The translations under genes were made by a program, and so were the position numbers. A stretch of DNA of 18,160 nt from an uncultured bacterium (GTDB lineage Bacteria; Desulfobacterota; GWC2-55-46; DRQE01). Numbering within the stretch: the stretch's first letter is position 1; each line of letters begins with the position of its first letter. The notes beneath the pieces are model-generated. The model did no database searches and had not been told where the DNA came from. It saw only the letters and a list, made by a program, of their open reading frames with translations. Below, piece by piece: positions 14,912-18,160 of the stretch. The stretch spans positions 1 through 18,160 of the forward strand of contig CBDUXY010000037.1 of assembly GCA_965371305.1 (NCBI GenBank), written 5' to 3'.

Positions 14912-16108
14912 CTAACTCTCCACTGCCGCTTCGACGTCACCGCCGTCTTCCGGACGCGTGACGCACCTTGAATCACACACACCATAAACTGCCTCTGCCG
15001 CCCTCTGAGCCGCCGACCCGTCCTGACTCAGTTTGCGGGAAATCTCTTTATATCCGTTAAGGACCGACTCAAGGCATTTGTCGTCAGTGAAGAAACTAAC
15101 GAGCTCGGCCGCAATGTTATCCGGCGTTGCCTCGTCCTGAATAAGCTCAGGAACCACCGTCCGCCCTGCAACAATGTTAGGCAACCCTATTGCGTCAACC
15201 CCGATAAGCCTCTTCCCGATAATATATGAGCCACTTGACATCTTATAGATTATCACCATCGGCGTGCCGATCAAGGCCGTTTCAAGTGTTGCCGTCCCCG
15301 AGGCCACAACGGCTGCGTCGGACGCCCTGAGTGCCGTGTACATGCCTTTTTGCTCTACTATCTTAATACAAAGACCGGTCCCTCTGAGCGGGCCGGAGAT
15401 CAACTCCTCACCTATGCCGTGGGCAACAGGCAGCATGACTTTTACAGGTTTGCCAAGTTTTTTTTCAAGCCTGCCAACGCCCTCAAGCATGACAGAAAGA
15501 TGTCTGACTATTTCATCGACGCGACTTCCGGGAAGTACAGTGACAACATTTACGTCGTCACCAAGGGCAAACTTCTCTCTTGCCTGCTTTTTTGTAAGTT
15601 CACAAACAGCATTTGCCGCAAGCGGATGGCCTACGTACTCCGTATCAAGGCCTGCCTGCTCGTAGAGTTCTTTCTCAAAAGGAAAGATGACCAGCATTTT
15701 GGTTACGAGCGAGGCTATTTTCTTAATCCGCCCCCTTCTCCATGCCCAGACCTGTGGACTGATATAATAAACGACCGGAACGCGCATTTTTTTAGCATAG
15801 CGCGCAAACCGGAGATTAAAATCAGGATAATCTATAAGCACGACACAGTCAAAGCGCTCGGAACGAAGAAGTTTTTTTAGATCGGAATAAGCTCCAAAGA
15901 GTAAAGGCAGCTTTTTAAAAACCTCCACAATGCCAACAACAGAAAGCGGAGTTGAGTCGATTCCGGCCAGACCCTGCTCGCGCATCCTTGGCCCGCCCAT
16001 GCCTTTTACCGTTATGGAAGGGTCGATTCGCTTGAGTTCGCTTATAAGCAAACTGCCGTGCAGGTCGCCAGAGGCCTCCCCGCTGATCATTAATATTTTT
16101 TTGCCCAT
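14912..16108 (-). CDS. lpxB: Lipid-A-disaccharide synthase LpxB
   Basis: N-terminus MGKKILMISGEASGDLHGSLLISELK carries the GEASGD signature. GT-B length of 398 aa. Confidence 0.9.
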   Translation of the reverse strand: MGKKILMISGEASGDLHGSLLISELKRIDPSITVKGMGGPRMREQGLAGIDSTPLSVVGIVEVFKKLPLLFGAYSDLKKLLRSERFDCVVLIDYPDFNLRFARYAKKMRVPVVYYISPQVWAWRRGRIKKIASLVTKMLVIFPFEKELYEQAGLDTEYVGHPLAANAVCELTKKQAREKFALGDDVNVVTVLPGSRVDEIVRHLSVMLEGVGRLEKKLGKPVKVMLPVAHGIGEELISGPLRGTGLCIKIVEQKGMYTALRASDAAVVASGTATLETALIGTPMVIIYKMSSGSYIIGKRLIGVDAIGLPNIVAGRTVVPELIQDEATPDNIAAELVSFFTDDKCLESVLNGYKEISRKLSQDGSAAQRAAEAVYGVCDSRCVTRPEDGGDVEAAVES

Positions 16109-16355
16109 AAACGTCCGGGGTTGTTAATTGAAACCCGCTAAATCCACTGAAACCCGTGTAAACCCGCTAAAAACACCGAAATAAATAAAAACGCGCCGGC
16201 CTAACCGGAGCGAAAAATATTCAAGAAAACTGAATCTAATTCCCTGATACCTCTGGATTCCCGCGTTCGCGAGAATGACAGTTGAGATTGCTTCGTCGCT
16301 TCGCTCCTCGCAATGACGAACAGCAAAATAAGCCAGAAACTAACTCCCTGTACTG

Positions 16356-17357
16356 TTAAATATTAACGTCCCTTAGCCAGTGCGACTTATCTACACCCTC
16401 AAGGTGGTCGTGCAGGATTTTTAGCGACTCCCTTGTAGCCTCCTGTATCATCTGAGCAACCTTAAGCGCTTTTTTACCGTCCCTTCCGCTTACAAGCGGA
16501 CTCTTCCCGTTCTCTACACAGTCCAGAAAAGACTTTATCTCCTCCAGAAGAGAATCGCCTTTAACTATATCAAGCTCCTCTTCCACTATGACCGGCATTG
16601 GCGCACCCTCAGGGTGGGTCAATCTGGAGATGGAAATATGCTGCTTTGCATAGTCGATTGCAATATACGCGTCATGCTGAAAAAGCCTTATTCTACGAAC
16701 AGCTTCCTTTGAAACCCTGCTTGCGGTTACGTTTGCAACACATCCGTTTTCAAACCGAAGCCGTGCGTTTGCTATATCCACCTTACCCGATATAAGCGGT
16801 ATGCCTGTTGCGTCGATGCTTTCCACCTCAGAGTGTACAAGGTTAAGTATTATGTCTATGTCGTGGATCATCAAATCAAGTACTACGTCGACGTCCGTTG
16901 CGCGGTTAGGGAAGGGCGAGAGCCTGTGCGACTCAAGGAACATGGGGTTTTTAACCCTGCCTTCAAGAGCGAGTACTGCCTGATTAAACCTCTCCAGATG
17001 CCCCACCTGCAATATAACACCGTGTTTATCGGCTTCACCTATAAGACCGTCTGCCTCTTCCACGGTAACGGTTATGGGTTTTTCTATAAGTACGTTGACC
17101 CCGGCTCTCAAAAACACCATGCCCACGTCAAAGTGAGTGACCGTTGGGGTGACGATACTTACAACGTCAACCTTGCCTATCAGGTCCTCAAAGTTTTCAT
17201 ACGGGGTCGTGCCGGTTTCGTCGGCCACTTCCCTGGCCCTGTCAAGCGAGATATCGGCCACCCCTACAAGGTCAACTCCCGGAAGTCCGGCATACTTTTG
17301 CGCGTGGAAACGCCCGAGATAACCCGTGCCTATGACTGCTGCTCTTAGTTTTTTCAT
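16356..17357 (-). CDS. Gfo/Idh/MocA-family NAD(P)-dependent oxidoreductase between lpxA and lpxB. Candidate UDP-GlcNAc 3-dehydrogenase (GnnA-like).
   Basis: Rossmann N-terminus MKKLRAAVIGTGYLGRFHAQKYAGLPGVDLVGVAD with a GxGxxG-like motif. The EKP motif (...VLIEKPITV...) of the Gfo/Idh/MocA fold is present. GAAGGAAA RBS. 333 aa. Confidence 0.8.
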   Translation of the reverse strand: MKKLRAAVIGTGYLGRFHAQKYAGLPGVDLVGVADISLDRAREVADETGTTPYENFEDLIGKVDVVSIVTPTVTHFDVGMVFLRAGVNVLIEKPITVTVEEADGLIGEADKHGVILQVGHLERFNQAVLALEGRVKNPMFLESHRLSPFPNRATDVDVVLDLMIHDIDIILNLVHSEVESIDATGIPLISGKVDIANARLRFENGCVANVTASRVSKEAVRRIRLFQHDAYIAIDYAKQHISISRLTHPEGAPMPVIVEEELDIVKGDSLLEEIKSFLDCVENGKSPLVSGRDGKKALKVAQMIQEATRESLKILHDHLEGVDKSHWLRDVNI

Positions 17358-17428
17358 TTTCCTTCGTCTACCTTGCCCGTATGTATTCCATCACACAAAT
17401 GTTTTCAAGCCAATATTAAAGAGAAACC

Positions 17429-18160
17429 TTAACCCTCTCCGCTCTCGTGTTTAACCGTCCTCTCCCTTGCCACTCCTCGCTTTGAACCCTCAATGAAGTC
17501 TACGAAGCGCCTGGCATGTACAGAATCCGACAGTTCAATCTTTAGTCTTGCAAGCGCTTCCTTCATCGTAAGATGGGTGCGGAAAAGTATGTTATATGCC
17601 TTTTTAATTTCCGAAAGTTCCTCTTTGCTAAACCCGTGCCGCCTGATGCCAACGCCGTTTAAGCCGAAAAGATGCGCCCTGTTGCCAACGGCCATGACGT
17701 AGGGGGGGATGTCCTTGCTCACGGCCGACGCCCCGCCAATAATACAGTAAGGACCAATACGAACGTGCTGGTGGATGGCCACAAGCCCTCCGACAATTGC
17801 ATGGTCATCGATATTTACATGCCCGGCAAGGGTTGCCGCGTTGGCCATAATCACGTTGTCTCCGACAACACAGTCGTGCGCAACATGGACGTAGTTCATA
17901 AACAGGTTGTTGTCGCCGATAACCGTTCTTGTCTTGTCCTTTGGCGTACCCCTGTGTATGGTGACAAACTCTCTCACCGTGTTGTTGTTGCCCAGTATTG
18001 TCTCGGTCTCTTCACCTTTGTAACCGACGTCTTGCGGAGCAGCTCCGACAGAGGCGAACTGAAACACCTTGCAGTCCCTACCAAGGGTCGTGCGCTCGCA
18101 TATCACAACATGAGAGCCTATCTTCGTGCCCTTGCCTATCTTTGCCCCCTGCTCTATAAC
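17429..18160 (-). CDS. lpxA: UDP-N-acetylglucosamine O-acyltransferase LpxA. The N-terminus lies beyond the window end.
   Basis: Left-handed beta-helix hexapeptide repeats (...VIGDNNLFMNYVHVAHDCVVGDNVIMANAATLAGHVNIDDHAIVGG...). A C-terminal helical domain is present. The frame stays open to nt 18160 (VIEQGAKIGKGTKIGSHVVICERTT...), so the ORF-track 'M' at 18106 is an internal GTG. Confidence 0.9.
   Translation of the reverse strand, partial: VIEQGAKIGKGTKIGSHVVICERTTLGRDCKVFQFASVGAAPQDVGYKGEETETILGNNNTVREFVTIHRGTPKDKTRTVIGDNNLFMNYVHVAHDCVVGDNVIMANAATLAGHVNIDDHAIVGGLVAIHQHVRIGPYCIIGGASAVSKDIPPYVMAVGNRAHLFGLNGVGIRRHGFSKEELSEIKKAYNILFRTHLTMKEALARLKIELSDSVHARRFVDFIEGSKRGVARERTVKHESGEG

Noticed and set aside
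14905-14985. N-terminal extension of msbA to 14985, as in the ORF track
   Set aside because: It would overlap the 3' end of lpxB by 74 nt and adds a non-conserved, non-hydrophobic 27-aa leader. The ATG at 14904 has a GGAGAG RBS and starts the conserved MsbA N-terminus.
18104-18106. ORF-track start of lpxA at 18106
   Set aside because: The codon is an internal GTG. The frame is open to the window edge and the upstream translation (VIEQGAKIGKGTKIGSHVVI...) is canonical LpxA hexapeptide sequence, so the gene is 5'-truncated by the window.

Overview
The window is mostly chromosomal envelope-biogenesis DNA, with GC around 50% and an organisation reminiscent of Deltaproteobacteria. Its contents, in order:

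- **1..1957:** the 3' end of a heavy-metal P1B-type ATPase, a CcoS/FixS-like small ORF and a polytopic membrane protein with an HCxxMCG motif. Together these look like a cbb3-oxidase/copper-handling module.
- **2242..4659:** a secreted OMP-like protein carrying a CxxCH haem motif, then a PEGA-domain lipoprotein.
- **4756..7787 (minus):** a tight pspA (IM30) - nfeD/yqiJ - flotillin/yqiK operon with a strong shared bidirectional terminator.
- **7788..8759:** a 510-bp AT-rich divergent intergenic region and a small HTH-containing ORF.
- **8760..9754:** an irregular stretch. It holds a minus-strand tRNA-Sec (anticodon UCA), a probable remnant of a response-regulator 3' end, degenerate C/T-rich tandem repeats and a possibly structured segment.
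- **9755..18160 (minus):** a lipid A/Kdo cluster: lpxK, waaA(kdtA), a DUF374 lysophospholipid-acyltransferase-like gene, msbA, lpxB, a Gfo/Idh/MocA oxidoreductase (GnnA-like candidate) and lpxA (partial). The DUF374 gene appears frameshifted at an A11 tract. Two 89-bp tandem repeats sit between msbA and the DUF374 gene.

No CRISPR array, IS element or integrase is visible. All calls rest on motif recognition by eye; no searches were run.
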